From Cupriavidus necator (lineage in GTDB: Bacteria > Pseudomonadota > Gammaproteobacteria > Burkholderiales > Burkholderiaceae), in contig NZ_CP066018.1 in the NCBI RefSeq assembly GCF_016127575.1, forward strand, positions 1,890,001-1,922,000: a DNA stretch of 32,000 nt, read 5' to 3'. Positions within the stretch are counted from its first letter, which is position 1; every line of letters starts with the position of its first letter. The notes beneath the pieces were generated by a model. The model ran no database searches, had not been told where the DNA came from, and saw only the letters and a list, made by a program, of their open reading frames with translations. Positions 1-7,962 of this stretch are shown piece after piece. Both the position numbers and the translations under genes were made by a program.

Positions 1-59
1 GTGTCACGTTCCACCCGCACTGAGCGAAGCGAACCCCGACAAGAGCACAAGGACACAAG

Positions 60-803
60 ATGAAAAAGCTGCTTTCGATCCTCGCGCTGGCCGGCGCCTG
101 CTTTGCCGGCGCGCCTGCCATGGCATCCGAAGGGGGCTTCCCCCTTGAGCCGGCACCGGTGAACACCGCTGACCTGTCGTCGCTGCAGCGCGGCGCCAAG
201 CTGTTCGTCAACTACTGCCTGAACTGCCACGGCGCATCGATGATGCGTTACAACCGGCTCAAGGACATCGGCCTGACCGACGACCAGATCCGCGAGAACC
301 TGCTGTTCAGCGCGGACAAGGTTGGCGAGACCATGACCATCGCCATGCAACCGAAGGAGGCCAAGGCCTTCTTCGGTGCGCAGCCGCCGGACCTGTCGGT
401 GATCGCCCGCGCCCGCGGTGACGACTGGCTCTACACCTACCTGCGCACGTTCTACCGTGACGACAGCCGCGCCACCGGCTGGAACAACCTGGTGTTCCCG
501 AGCGTCGGCATGCCGCACGTGCTGTGGGAACTGCAGGGCCAGCGCGCCGCCAAGTTCACGGAAGTGGAAGAGCACGGCGAGAAGGTGCACAAGTTTGCCG
601 GCTTCGAGCAACTGAGCCCGGGCAAGCTGAGCAAGGTCGAGTACGACCAGGCCGCCGCTGACCTGGTCAGCTTCCTGGACTGGATGGCCGAGCCGGCGCA
701 GAACCACCGCAAGCGCCTGGGCGTCTGGGTGCTGCTGTTCCTGGGCGTGTTCACTGTCTTTGCCTGGCGCCTCAACGCCGCGTACTGGAAGGACGTGAAG
801 TAA
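60..803 (+). CDS. petC: cytochrome c1 subunit of ubiquinol-cytochrome c reductase
   Basis: ATG at 60. Signal peptide (MKKLLSILALAGACFAGAPAMA), CxxCH haem motif (CLNCHG), C-terminal membrane anchor. Overall cytochrome c1 sequence pattern (PPDLS, YLRTFY). Confidence 0.9.
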   Translation: MKKLLSILALAGACFAGAPAMASEGGFPLEPAPVNTADLSSLQRGAKLFVNYCLNCHGASMMRYNRLKDIGLTDDQIRENLLFSADKVGETMTIAMQPKEAKAFFGAQPPDLSVIARARGDDWLYTYLRTFYRDDSRATGWNNLVFPSVGMPHVLWELQGQRAAKFTEVEEHGEKVHKFAGFEQLSPGKLSKVEYDQAAADLVSFLDWMAEPAQNHRKRLGVWVLLFLGVFTVFAWRLNAAYWKDVK

Positions 804-840
804 AGGCATGCCAGGGCCCGAATCCGGGCCCGGACAAGGC

Positions 841-892
841 AAAGGCCAGGGGTGGCCGCTGCGAAAGCAGCACCGCCCCTGGCCTTTTCTCT
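841..892 (+). terminator. rho-independent terminator after petC
   Basis: GGCCAGGGG (844-852) pairs with CCCCTGGCC (876-884). Inner GCTGC-GAAA-GCAGC hairpin, followed by TTTTCTCTT. Confidence 0.6.
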
Positions 893-1022
893 TGGAAAAC
901 CTGCCGAAGCGGGCCAATAAAGTGCGTCATTTGCCACTAATTTGCTTTCTGGTGGTCGACTTTGGCAGAATGGCAGACCTTACTGTCCGACCCTGCTTCG
1001 GCTAAGCCCAAGGAATCCAACC

Positions 1023-1634
1023 ATGATGGTGTTGTATTCGGGTACGACTTGCCCGTTTTCCCAACGTTGCCGCCTTGTCCTGTTTGAAAAGGGCATGGAT
1101 TTTGAAATCCGCGACGTCGACCTGTTCAACAAGCCCGAAGATATTTCGGTGATGAACCCGTACGGCCAGGTGCCCATCCTGGTCGAGCGCGACCTCATCC
1201 TGTATGAGTCGAACATCATCAACGAATACATCGACGAGCGCTTCCCGCACCCGCAGCTGATGCCGGCCGATCCGGTGCAGCGTGCCCGCGCCCGCCTGTT
1301 CCTGTTCAACTTCGAAAAGGAACTGTTCACCCACGTCTACACGCTGGAGAACGAAAAGGGCAAGGCCGCGGAGAAGAACCACGAACGCGCCCGCGCTGCG
1401 ATCCGCGACCGCCTGACGCAGCTCGCGCCGATCTTCGTCAAAAACAAGTACATGCTGGGCGAAGAGTTCTCGATGCTCGACGTCGCCATCGCGCCGCTGC
1501 TGTGGCGCCTGGACCACTACGGCATTGAGCTGTCGAAGAACGCCGCGCCGCTGCTGAAGTATGCTGAACGCATTTTCAGCCGTCCCGCGTACATCGAAGC
1601 GCTCACCCCGTCCGAAAAGGTGATGCGCCGCTAA
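1023..1634 (+). CDS. sspA: stringent starvation protein A (GST-like)
   Basis: ATG at 1023 inside ORF 942..1634. N-terminus MMVLYSGTTCPFSQRCRLVLFEKG...NPYGQVPILVERDLILYESNIINEYIDERFPHPQLMP is typical SspA. Followed by sspB. Confidence 0.9.
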   Translation: MMVLYSGTTCPFSQRCRLVLFEKGMDFEIRDVDLFNKPEDISVMNPYGQVPILVERDLILYESNIINEYIDERFPHPQLMPADPVQRARARLFLFNFEKELFTHVYTLENEKGKAAEKNHERARAAIRDRLTQLAPIFVKNKYMLGEEFSMLDVAIAPLLWRLDHYGIELSKNAAPLLKYAERIFSRPAYIEALTPSEKVMRR

Positions 1635-1691
1635 CCGGCACCGGCCCGAAGGCATCCGCCCTCGGGCCACTACGGCGCCATTGGAAGCACA

Positions 1692-2180
1692 ATGCCTGAA
1701 ACCTCCACCAAGCCCTACCTGATTCGCGCCATCTATGAATGGTGCACGGACAACGGCTTCACGCCGTACATCGCCGTCTTCGTCGACGCCAACACCAGCG
1801 TGCCGCGCGAGTTCGTCAAGAACAACGAGATCGTGCTCAACGTCAGCTTCGACGCCACCAGCGGCCTGGACATGGGCAACGAGTGGATCACCTTCAGCGC
1901 ACGCTTTGGCGGCGTCTCGCGCAAGATCGACGTCCCTGTCGAGAACGTGCTGGCCATCTACGCCCGTGAGAACGGGCAGGGCATGGCCTTCCCGGTCGAA
2001 CGCAGCCTGCCGGAAACCCAGGCCGCCACCGAGCGCGAAAACAACCCGCCGCCCAAGCTGGCCCCGGTGGAAGCCGAGACCTCGGCAACTACCACCGACT
2101 CCGGCCCCGGCGACGACGACACGCCACCCCCGGTGCCCCGCATCGGCAGCAAGAAGCCCGCACTGAAAGTGGTGAAGTAA
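1692..2180 (+). CDS. sspB: stringent starvation protein B / ClpXP adaptor
   Basis: PYLIRAIYEWCTDNGFTPYI...VLNVS motif block, with a disordered acidic/proline tail ending in a ClpX-binding-like C-terminus (PALKVVK). Confidence 0.9.
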   Translation: MPETSTKPYLIRAIYEWCTDNGFTPYIAVFVDANTSVPREFVKNNEIVLNVSFDATSGLDMGNEWITFSARFGGVSRKIDVPVENVLAIYARENGQGMAFPVERSLPETQAATERENNPPPKLAPVEAETSATTTDSGPGDDDTPPPVPRIGSKKPALKVVK

Positions 2181-2232
2181 GCCATCCCAAAGCGGACCGC
2201 AATGCAGTAGAATCGCGGTCTGCACCAGACAT

Positions 2233-2308
2233 GCCGGCTTAGCTCATCAGGTAGAGCAGTTGATTTGTAATCATCAGGTGGCGGGTTCGAGTCCTGCAGC
2301 CGGCACCA
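2233..2308 (+). tRNA. tRNA-Thr (anticodon UGU)
   Basis: Hand-folded 76 nt cloverleaf. Acceptor GCCGGCT/AGCCGGC, D stem GCTC/GAGC, anticodon loop TT-TGT-AA, T arm GCGGG-TTCGAGT-CCTGC, encoded CCA. Confidence 0.9.
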
Positions 2309-2316
2309 GAATTTGA

Positions 2317-2356
2317 AAACGGGCTACGCAAGATTGCGTAGCCCGTTTTGTTTTTG
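2317..2356 (+). terminator. rho-independent terminator after tRNA-Thr
   Basis: ACGGGCTACGCA-agat-TGCGTAGCCCGT perfect stem followed by TTTGTTTTTGT. Confidence 0.7.
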
Positions 2357-2387
2357 TGGCAAGGGCGCACAGCCGCTCAATGCCGAG

Positions 2388-2609
2388 CTGATTTCCAAGA
2401 CCGAGTTCAAGGCGCGCGCCCTCGAGTATTTCCGCCAGATCGAAGCCTCGGGCGAGCCGGTCATTGTCACGGACCACGGCAAGCCCACACTTGAAGTGCG
2501 TCCCTATCGCGGGCTGGAGCGCGACCCCCTTCAGGTATTACGCGGCACCGTGGTGCGCTACGACGCGCCGACGGAGCCAGTGGACGTTGAGGGGGAGGCC
2601 GAGCGGTGA
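2388..2609 (+). CDS. Phd/YefM-family antitoxin, orphaned and possibly decayed (no canonical start outside the tRNA terminator)
   Basis: ELISKTEFKARALEYFRQIEASGEPVIVTDHGKPTLEVRPY matches the Phd/YefM N-terminal fold pattern. The only in-frame ATG/GTG/TTG starts (TTG 2313, TTG 2334) lie inside the tRNA terminator hairpin; CTG at 2388 is the nearest plausible initiator. The stop overlaps the next ORF start as GTGA. Confidence 0.55.
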   Translation: MISKTEFKARALEYFRQIEASGEPVIVTDHGKPTLEVRPYRGLERDPLQVLRGTVVRYDAPTEPVDVEGEAER

Positions 2610-2629
2610 TCGTGCTGGATAAGCGTGCC
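2606..2629 (+). pseudogene. 5' stub of a PIN-domain (VapC) toxin gene, truncated after ~5 codons
   Basis: GTG ATC GTG CTG GAT = VIVLD, the canonical VapC N-terminus (compare MMFVLDTNV of the intact VapC at 11992). It is coupled to the antitoxin by a GTGA overlap. Similarity ends at 2620, and the helicase stop codon (complement of TTA) is at 2630-2632. Confidence 0.5.
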
Positions 2630-4462
2630 TTATTCCCTTACTGCACCCAGCGCAGCACTCAGCTTTCCAGCAAACCGCGACCCATCCCCAAACGTCATCA
2701 CCAACTGCCGCGTAGCCCGCGTCATCGCCACATACATCAGCCGCGCTTCGTCTTCATCCGCCTCATCGTGCTTATGCGGCATCCCCGTGGCCGGAATGCA
2801 CACCAGCGGAAACTCAAGCCCCTTGCTGCTATGCATCGTGATTACCTTGACGCTGTCCGCGCCGGGCGTAAATCGCTTGGTGATTTGGGGACATTCGAAC
2901 GGAATGCCCTTGCGCGTCAGCGCGCTGGTGACGTGTCCGACCGTGTCCCAATGGCGATAGAGCACCGCCATTTCTGACCAGGGCGTACCAGCCCGGTTCT
3001 CGTCAGTCAGGATCTGCGCAATGCGCTCAGCTTCCGCCTCTACGTTTGGCAATTCGATCAGCAGCGGTTTGTTGCCGCGGCGCCCGGCACCGACAGGTTG
3101 CACGGTAGGCGCTTCGTCTTCGGTTGCCTCGGTCGGCCGCAGCAACTCATCCGCAAAGCTGCGCGCGACAGCCAGTATCTCCTGCGTATTGCGGTAGTTC
3201 AGCTTGAGGATGGTCGTACGGCCTCGGGCCTGGATGCCCACGCTGGCAAAGGTCATCCCGCGTTTCCTGGCGCCGCCATAAATGGACTGCGCATCGTCGT
3301 AGAGCACCAACAGGGAATTGCTCTCCGGATTCACCATCTGCACGACCAGCTTGAACCACTCCGGCCGGAAGTCATGCCCCTCATCGATCAGCACGGCGTC
3401 ATACTGGCCGGCCGGGATCGCTTTCCGGTCCACGCCCTGGATGACCCGATTCACCATTTCCTCAAACAGCGCATCACTGGGGCGGCCCTTGGGGCGGTCA
3501 ATGTTGTAAGTCTCCAACTGCCGCGAGCACCACGCGTGGAAGTTATAGACGTGGACCTTTTCTTCGATGCCTTTCTCGATCATCGTCGCCGCCAGCTTGG
3601 CGGCGAGGGTCTTGTTGTAGCAAAGCACGAGCACTGGCCGTGTGACGATCTTTGCCAGATGCTCAGCCCGGTAGCCGAGGATCATCGTCTTGCCAGAGCC
3701 GGCGACGCCATGAATGACCCGGTGGCCTTCGCCAAGGCTGCGTGCCAGCTGCTCCTGCTGGAGATCCATGACGCGAAGGATGTCAGGCATATCCAGCGGC
3801 TCCGCGGCTTCCTCCGGGAAGAGCGCGCGTTGCTCCGGCATGCGGATCTGCGGGAACAGGTGCCAGCGAATCCGCTCGATCTGCGGCAAGGAAAGCTTGA
3901 AGGTGAACTTGACCGGGAACATCTCCCACAGGCGCTGCTGGAAGTGTTCCGCGTCGACCGACTCGTACATCTCGTCCTGGCAGATCACCAGGTGCGGCGG
4001 CAGGACGTCGCCGAGGTTGGTCTTGTCGAACTGGGCACGCGTGATGTTGGACAGGACGACGCCGCAGCCGTAGGGAAAGAAGGGTTTGCCTTTCAGCGAG
4101 CCGCCAGGCCAGACCAACTGCGGATCGCGCTGCAGCAGGTTGGTGACATAGAACATGTACTGGCGGGCTTGCTCGAGGGGATTCATCTCCCGCACCAGCC
4201 CGCGATCCGTCAGCAGCGTGACATCGCGCTGGTCGATTTCCCGGATGGTATCCAGCCTCCAGTCTTTCACCTCCAACACCAGCAGACCCCGGCTGGGATG
4301 GAAGACGATGAAATCCGGATGCCTGGTTTTCTCTCCGATGGCGACGTCATACCAGCACAGGTAGTCGTCCTCCAGCTTTGTCTCCAGACGCTCGGCGAAG
4401 CGTCTCTCTCCACTGGTCATGCGCGAAGTGACCGAACCCAGCGCGGGAATCAGCGTGGCCAT
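2630..4462 (-). CDS. NERD-domain nuclease fused to SF1 UvrD/Rep-like helicase (610 aa)
   Basis: N-terminal NERD pattern (GERRFAERL...DYLCWYDV...HPDFIVFHPSRGLLVLEVKDW). Walker A GVAGSGKT, Walker B/DExx VLIDEGHDF, LNYRNTQEI, and UvrD_C motifs VITMHSSKGLEFPLV and RLMYVAMTRATRQL. Confidence 0.85.
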   Translation of the reverse strand: MATLIPALGSVTSRMTSGERRFAERLETKLEDDYLCWYDVAIGEKTRHPDFIVFHPSRGLLVLEVKDWRLDTIREIDQRDVTLLTDRGLVREMNPLEQARQYMFYVTNLLQRDPQLVWPGGSLKGKPFFPYGCGVVLSNITRAQFDKTNLGDVLPPHLVICQDEMYESVDAEHFQQRLWEMFPVKFTFKLSLPQIERIRWHLFPQIRMPEQRALFPEEAAEPLDMPDILRVMDLQQEQLARSLGEGHRVIHGVAGSGKTMILGYRAEHLAKIVTRPVLVLCYNKTLAAKLAATMIEKGIEEKVHVYNFHAWCSRQLETYNIDRPKGRPSDALFEEMVNRVIQGVDRKAIPAGQYDAVLIDEGHDFRPEWFKLVVQMVNPESNSLLVLYDDAQSIYGGARKRGMTFASVGIQARGRTTILKLNYRNTQEILAVARSFADELLRPTEATEDEAPTVQPVGAGRRGNKPLLIELPNVEAEAERIAQILTDENRAGTPWSEMAVLYRHWDTVGHVTSALTRKGIPFECPQITKRFTPGADSVKVITMHSSKGLEFPLVCIPATGMPHKHDEADEDEARLMYVAMTRATRQLVMTFGDGSRFAGKLSAALGAVRE

Positions 4463-4779
4463 GCGTTGTTGCTCTTCTTATTGCCCGTTCAGGAGCTGCG
4501 CTGACCACGGTAGGTGTCGCGGACCCGGTGCGACGGCGGTCAGGCAGGTTTGTTATGCGGCAATTGTAGGCACAAAACGGTAACGGTGGCTATTTCGGTA
4601 GTTTTGGTGATTTGCCGGTTGGCGACACTGGCGAGCCGGCGGCTCCGGGGGACTGCCAAGCAGTCTGCGCCTGCTTTCCGGCGATACGCGCCGCCGATCC
4701 GTCGATTCCCGCCACCCCCATATCAGAGCCCGGATCGCAGTGGTAACCTCCCGCTATCTCCGCCCCCAGCCACCCGCAC

Positions 4780-5694
4780 GTGCACCCCCCAGACTCCCGC
4801 ATCTGGCGATCCGCCCCCGAGCAGCGCGCCTTTGAAGACGCCCGCCGCCGCGTGCGCGCGCTGCGTTTCTTCTATATGCACGCCATGGTCTACGTGGCGG
4901 TCAATGCATTGCTGATCGGCTTCCATCTGGTGGGATCGCCGCATCGGCCGTGGTCTGGTGGGCCGCTCGTGGGCTGGGGTATCGGGCTGGCGATACACGG
5001 CGTGATGACGTGGAGTCGCGTCGGCCTGCTCGGGCGGCAGTGGGAAGAGCGCAAGATCGCGCAATACATGGCGCAGGAACAGGTGCGCACGCTGTCGACG
5101 GAGAAGCAGCTGGTCGAAGCCCGCATGCGCCTGCTGCAGGCCCAGATCGAACCGCACTTCCTGTTCAACACCCTGGCCAACGTGGTCAGCCTGATCGAGC
5201 CCGCGCCGCAGAAGGCCACGCTGATGCTGGAGCATTTCATCGCGTACCTGCGCGCATCGCTTGCAGCCAGCCGCGCCACGCAAGGCACAGTGGCGCAGGA
5301 GGCGAAGCTGCTGCGTGACTATCTGGCGCTGATCCGGATCCGCATGGGGGACCGGCTGCATTACTCGGTCGATGTCGACCCCGAACTCGAATCGATGCCG
5401 CTGGCGCCGATGCTGCTGCAGCCCGTGGTCGAGAATGCGATCAAGCATGGGCTGGAGCCCAAGATCGAAGGCGGGCGGCTGCTGGTCCGGCTGGAGCGGC
5501 GCGGCCCGCGCATGCTGGCGACCATCGAGGACGATGGCATGGGCTTTCGTCCCTCGGCCGGCGCTGGCGTCGGGCTTTCTAACCTGCGTGAACGGCTGGC
5601 CGTGCTGTATGACGGTGACGCCCACGTTCGGATTGAAGAACGCTCGCCCGGCACTGCCGTGCTGATCGAAATCCCGCTGCCGCGTGCATCCTGA
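4780..5694 (+). CDS. sensor histidine kinase, LytS/YehU-type (His_kinase + HATPase) with N-terminal 2TM domain
   Basis: GTG start at 4780 (uncertain). 2TM region RRRVRALRFFYMHAMVYVAVNALL...GWGIGLAIHGVMTW...WEERKI. H-box EPHFLFNTLANV and an ATPase region (ENAIKHG, DDGMGF, GVGLSNLRERL). Confidence 0.85.
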   Translation: MHPPDSRIWRSAPEQRAFEDARRRVRALRFFYMHAMVYVAVNALLIGFHLVGSPHRPWSGGPLVGWGIGLAIHGVMTWSRVGLLGRQWEERKIAQYMAQEQVRTLSTEKQLVEARMRLLQAQIEPHFLFNTLANVVSLIEPAPQKATLMLEHFIAYLRASLAASRATQGTVAQEAKLLRDYLALIRIRMGDRLHYSVDVDPELESMPLAPMLLQPVVENAIKHGLEPKIEGGRLLVRLERRGPRMLATIEDDGMGFRPSAGAGVGLSNLRERLAVLYDGDAHVRIEERSPGTAVLIEIPLPRAS

Positions 5695-5707
5695 AACGGA
5701 GACGCCC

Positions 5708-6469
5708 ATGACGCCCACTGCCCTGATTGCCGACGACGAAGAGCACCTGCGCGCATATCTGCGCAGCAAGCTGCAACGCCATTGGCCAGAACTGCAGATC
5801 GTTGCCGAGGCGACCAACGGCATCGAAGCCGCCGACGCCATCGCACGGTTGTCGCCGAGCGTAGCCTTCCTCGACATCAAGATGCCCGGCCTGTCCGGCC
5901 TGGAGGTGGCGCAAGGGATTGAAACCGATACGCGGCTGGTGTTCGTTACGGCCTATGATGAATTCGCGCTCGATGCGTTCGAGCGCGCGGCCGTCGATTA
6001 CCTGGTCAAGCCGGTCAGCGAGGAACGGCTCGGCCGCACCATCGAGCGGCTGCGCAAGGCGTTGCAGGAAGCGGCGCCTTTGCCGGAACTGGCACAGCTA
6101 CTCAGCCAGCTCACACGCGCCCAGCCGCGCGCGGAAAGCGGCGGCCAGTTGCGCTGGGTACGCGCCAGCCGTGGCAATACCACCAGCCACGTGCCGATCC
6201 AGGAAGTGATGTACTTCCAGAGCGACGACAAGTACGTGGTCGTGCATACCCGCGATGGCGAGCACCTGATCCGCACGCCGCTGGCGGAGTTGATCGCCGG
6301 CCTCGATCCCGAGGTGTTCTGGCAGATCCACCGCTCGTCCATCGTCAACATGGAATACGTGGCCGGAACGCGCCGCGATGAGGCAGGGCGGCTCTTTGTC
6401 CGGATGCGTGACAGCGAAGCCGAACTGCCGGTATCGCGCGCCTACATGCACCGCTTCCGGCAGATGTAA
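5708..6469 (+). CDS. LytTR/AlgR-family response regulator
   Basis: ATG at 5708 with a GGAGA SD 6 nt upstream. Receiver domain (ALIADDE...FLDIKMPGLSGLE...VFVTAYDEFA) plus a C-terminal LytTR domain (FQSDDKYVVVHT...FWQIHRSSIVN). Confidence 0.9.
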   Translation: MTPTALIADDEEHLRAYLRSKLQRHWPELQIVAEATNGIEAADAIARLSPSVAFLDIKMPGLSGLEVAQGIETDTRLVFVTAYDEFALDAFERAAVDYLVKPVSEERLGRTIERLRKALQEAAPLPELAQLLSQLTRAQPRAESGGQLRWVRASRGNTTSHVPIQEVMYFQSDDKYVVVHTRDGEHLIRTPLAELIAGLDPEVFWQIHRSSIVNMEYVAGTRRDEAGRLFVRMRDSEAELPVSRAYMHRFRQM

Positions 6470-6507
6470 GGCGGTCGGCGTCGCCACTGCGCCGCCGGCT
6501 GAGGGAT

Positions 6508-6831
6508 TCACTTGCGATCCATGAATTCCTGGATCTTGCGCTGTTCCCAGTCACGCCCGCGGCGCGACAGCCGCATCCATACCAGCAACCCATGCACGGT
6601 CAGCGCCAGGCCCCAGGCCAGGGTGGTGGTCAGCGGCCATGGCCAGCCGGTGGCGGCGTAATGCGACCACCGCGGCGACGGAAAGTAGAAGAAGCGGAAC
6701 CACAGCCAGCCGTTGACGACAGCGTAGACCAGCAGGTGGATGTACCAGCCGCGCAGGGCGTGCACCATGCGGCGCGCGCGCCAGTAGGCCATGGCGTTGG
6801 GGTCGTCGTTGGGCGGGAAGGCGTGGTGCAT
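6508..6831 (-). CDS. stand-alone 2TM-domain membrane protein
   Basis: ATG at 6831 with a GAGG SD (the ORF track starts at TTG 6849). RRMVHALRGWYIHLLVYAVVNGWL...AWGLALTVHGLLVW...DWEQRKIQEFM is clearly paralogous to the N-terminus of the kinase at 4780. Confidence 0.7.
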   Translation of the reverse strand: MHHAFPPNDDPNAMAYWRARRMVHALRGWYIHLLVYAVVNGWLWFRFFYFPSPRWSHYAATGWPWPLTTTLAWGLALTVHGLLVWMRLSRRGRDWEQRKIQEFMDRK

Positions 6832-7047
6832 GGGATACCTCGTGATCAAGATGGTTGGCTTGCGTCAGGTATAGGCCATCGCAAAGCGCCGCTCCAGGCC
6901 CAAGGGCCGAATCGACGGATTTCGTTCGCCGGTGGGCGCGCGGATCGCGCGAATGTCGGCGGGTCCGACCCTCCCCCCGACTTGTTGCAGCTCTTGACCC
7001 GTCTCGCCGGGAATACCCGCATAGGAAAAGCCCAGTCCTTCACCATA

Positions 7048-7064
7048 ATCATAGTAATTATGAT
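7048..7064. promoter_or_regulatory. inverted repeat ATCATA-N5-TATGAT in an AT-rich patch upstream of the GntR gene (candidate operator)
   Basis: Seen directly: ATCATAGTAATTATGAT, 16 nt upstream of ATG 7080. It sits in the only AT-rich stretch of this intergenic region. Confidence 0.3.
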
Positions 7065-7079
7065 CATAAATACGAAGCG

Positions 7080-7856
7080 ATGGATTCCAAGCCGACCCCG
7101 CAGATAGAGGGCAGCAAACGCGTGAAGCGTTCGGACCAGGTGGTCAACGATATCAAGCGCTGGATCGTGCAGACGCACCAGAAGGTCGGAGACAAGCTGC
7201 CACAGGAAGCAGCGTTGATCGAACAGATGGGCGTCGCACGCGGGACGGTGCGTGAGGCGCTTGCCTCGCTGCAGGCGCAGGGGCTGGTCAAGGTCAGCAC
7301 GGGGCCAAACGGCGGTGCCACGCTGACGCAGCCGCCTTATGAGCGATGCCTGGAGGCAGTGTCCAACTTCCTGTACTTCCAGTCGGTCGACATCGTCACG
7401 CTGTACGCCCTGCGCCGCGCGGTTGAGCCGGAGCTGGCCGCCAACGCCGCCTTGCGCCTGACCGATGCCGACATCGCCGATCTCGAAGCGCTGATCGGGC
7501 TGAGCCACCCGGAACATGGCGGCAGCACGGACTGGAACGAGCGGCGCGAGGCCGACCTGCTGTTCCACGACCGCCTGGCCGATGCCTGCAGCAGCCCGAT
7601 GCTGGCGTTGTTCTGCCGCCTGCTCAACGACATCATCCGCCGCGTCATCGTGGTCCGGAATGCTCAGGATGATTTCGACGACTTTGATGAAGAGATCTTC
7701 CACAGCCACAACGCGCTGATTGAAGCCTTCCGGTCGCGTGACCCGGAGCGTGCGCGTGCCCTGATGCAGGAGCACATGGAGCATGCCGAATCCCTGGCCC
7801 TGGAAGCCGAATCCCGCGTGGACCGCGGGAGCTTGCTGATGAGCCCGGTCGACTGA
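7080..7856 (+). CDS. GntR-family (FadR/FCD subfamily) transcriptional regulator
   Basis: ATG at 7080 inside ORF 6855..7856. wHTH LPQEAALIEQMGVARGTVREALASLQAQGLV followed by an all-helical FCD-like C-terminal domain. Confidence 0.85.
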   Translation: MDSKPTPQIEGSKRVKRSDQVVNDIKRWIVQTHQKVGDKLPQEAALIEQMGVARGTVREALASLQAQGLVKVSTGPNGGATLTQPPYERCLEAVSNFLYFQSVDIVTLYALRRAVEPELAANAALRLTDADIADLEALIGLSHPEHGGSTDWNERREADLLFHDRLADACSSPMLALFCRLLNDIIRRVIVVRNAQDDFDDFDEEIFHSHNALIEAFRSRDPERARALMQEHMEHAESLALEAESRVDRGSLLMSPVD

Positions 7857-7862
7857 TCCCCT

Positions 7863-7887
7863 GACGCGCTAGCGTCCCCCTTTTTTC
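7863..7887 (+). terminator. weak terminator after the GntR gene
   Basis: GACGC-gcta-GCGTC hairpin followed by CCCC TTTTTT. Confidence 0.35.
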
Positions 7888-7962
7888 TGCACACCCAACC
7901 GCCATCGTCGCATCCGACACGGCGGGTGGGATTCCTATTGCCTGAATCCTGGGAGCCTTGAC

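Noticed and set aside
1002-2225. 407-aa ORF antisense to sspA/sspB. Similar long antisense or out-of-frame ORFs occur at 3098..4504, 4723..5880, 7645..9372, 13995..15518, 16131..17390, 23232..24503, 25135..26439 (upstream part), 27618..29060 and 29449..30660.
   Set aside because: These are typical stop-codon-poor shadow frames of high-GC DNA. Their translations are Arg/Ala/Gly/Pro-rich low-complexity strings, and each overlaps a gene with clear family motifs on the other strand or in another frame.
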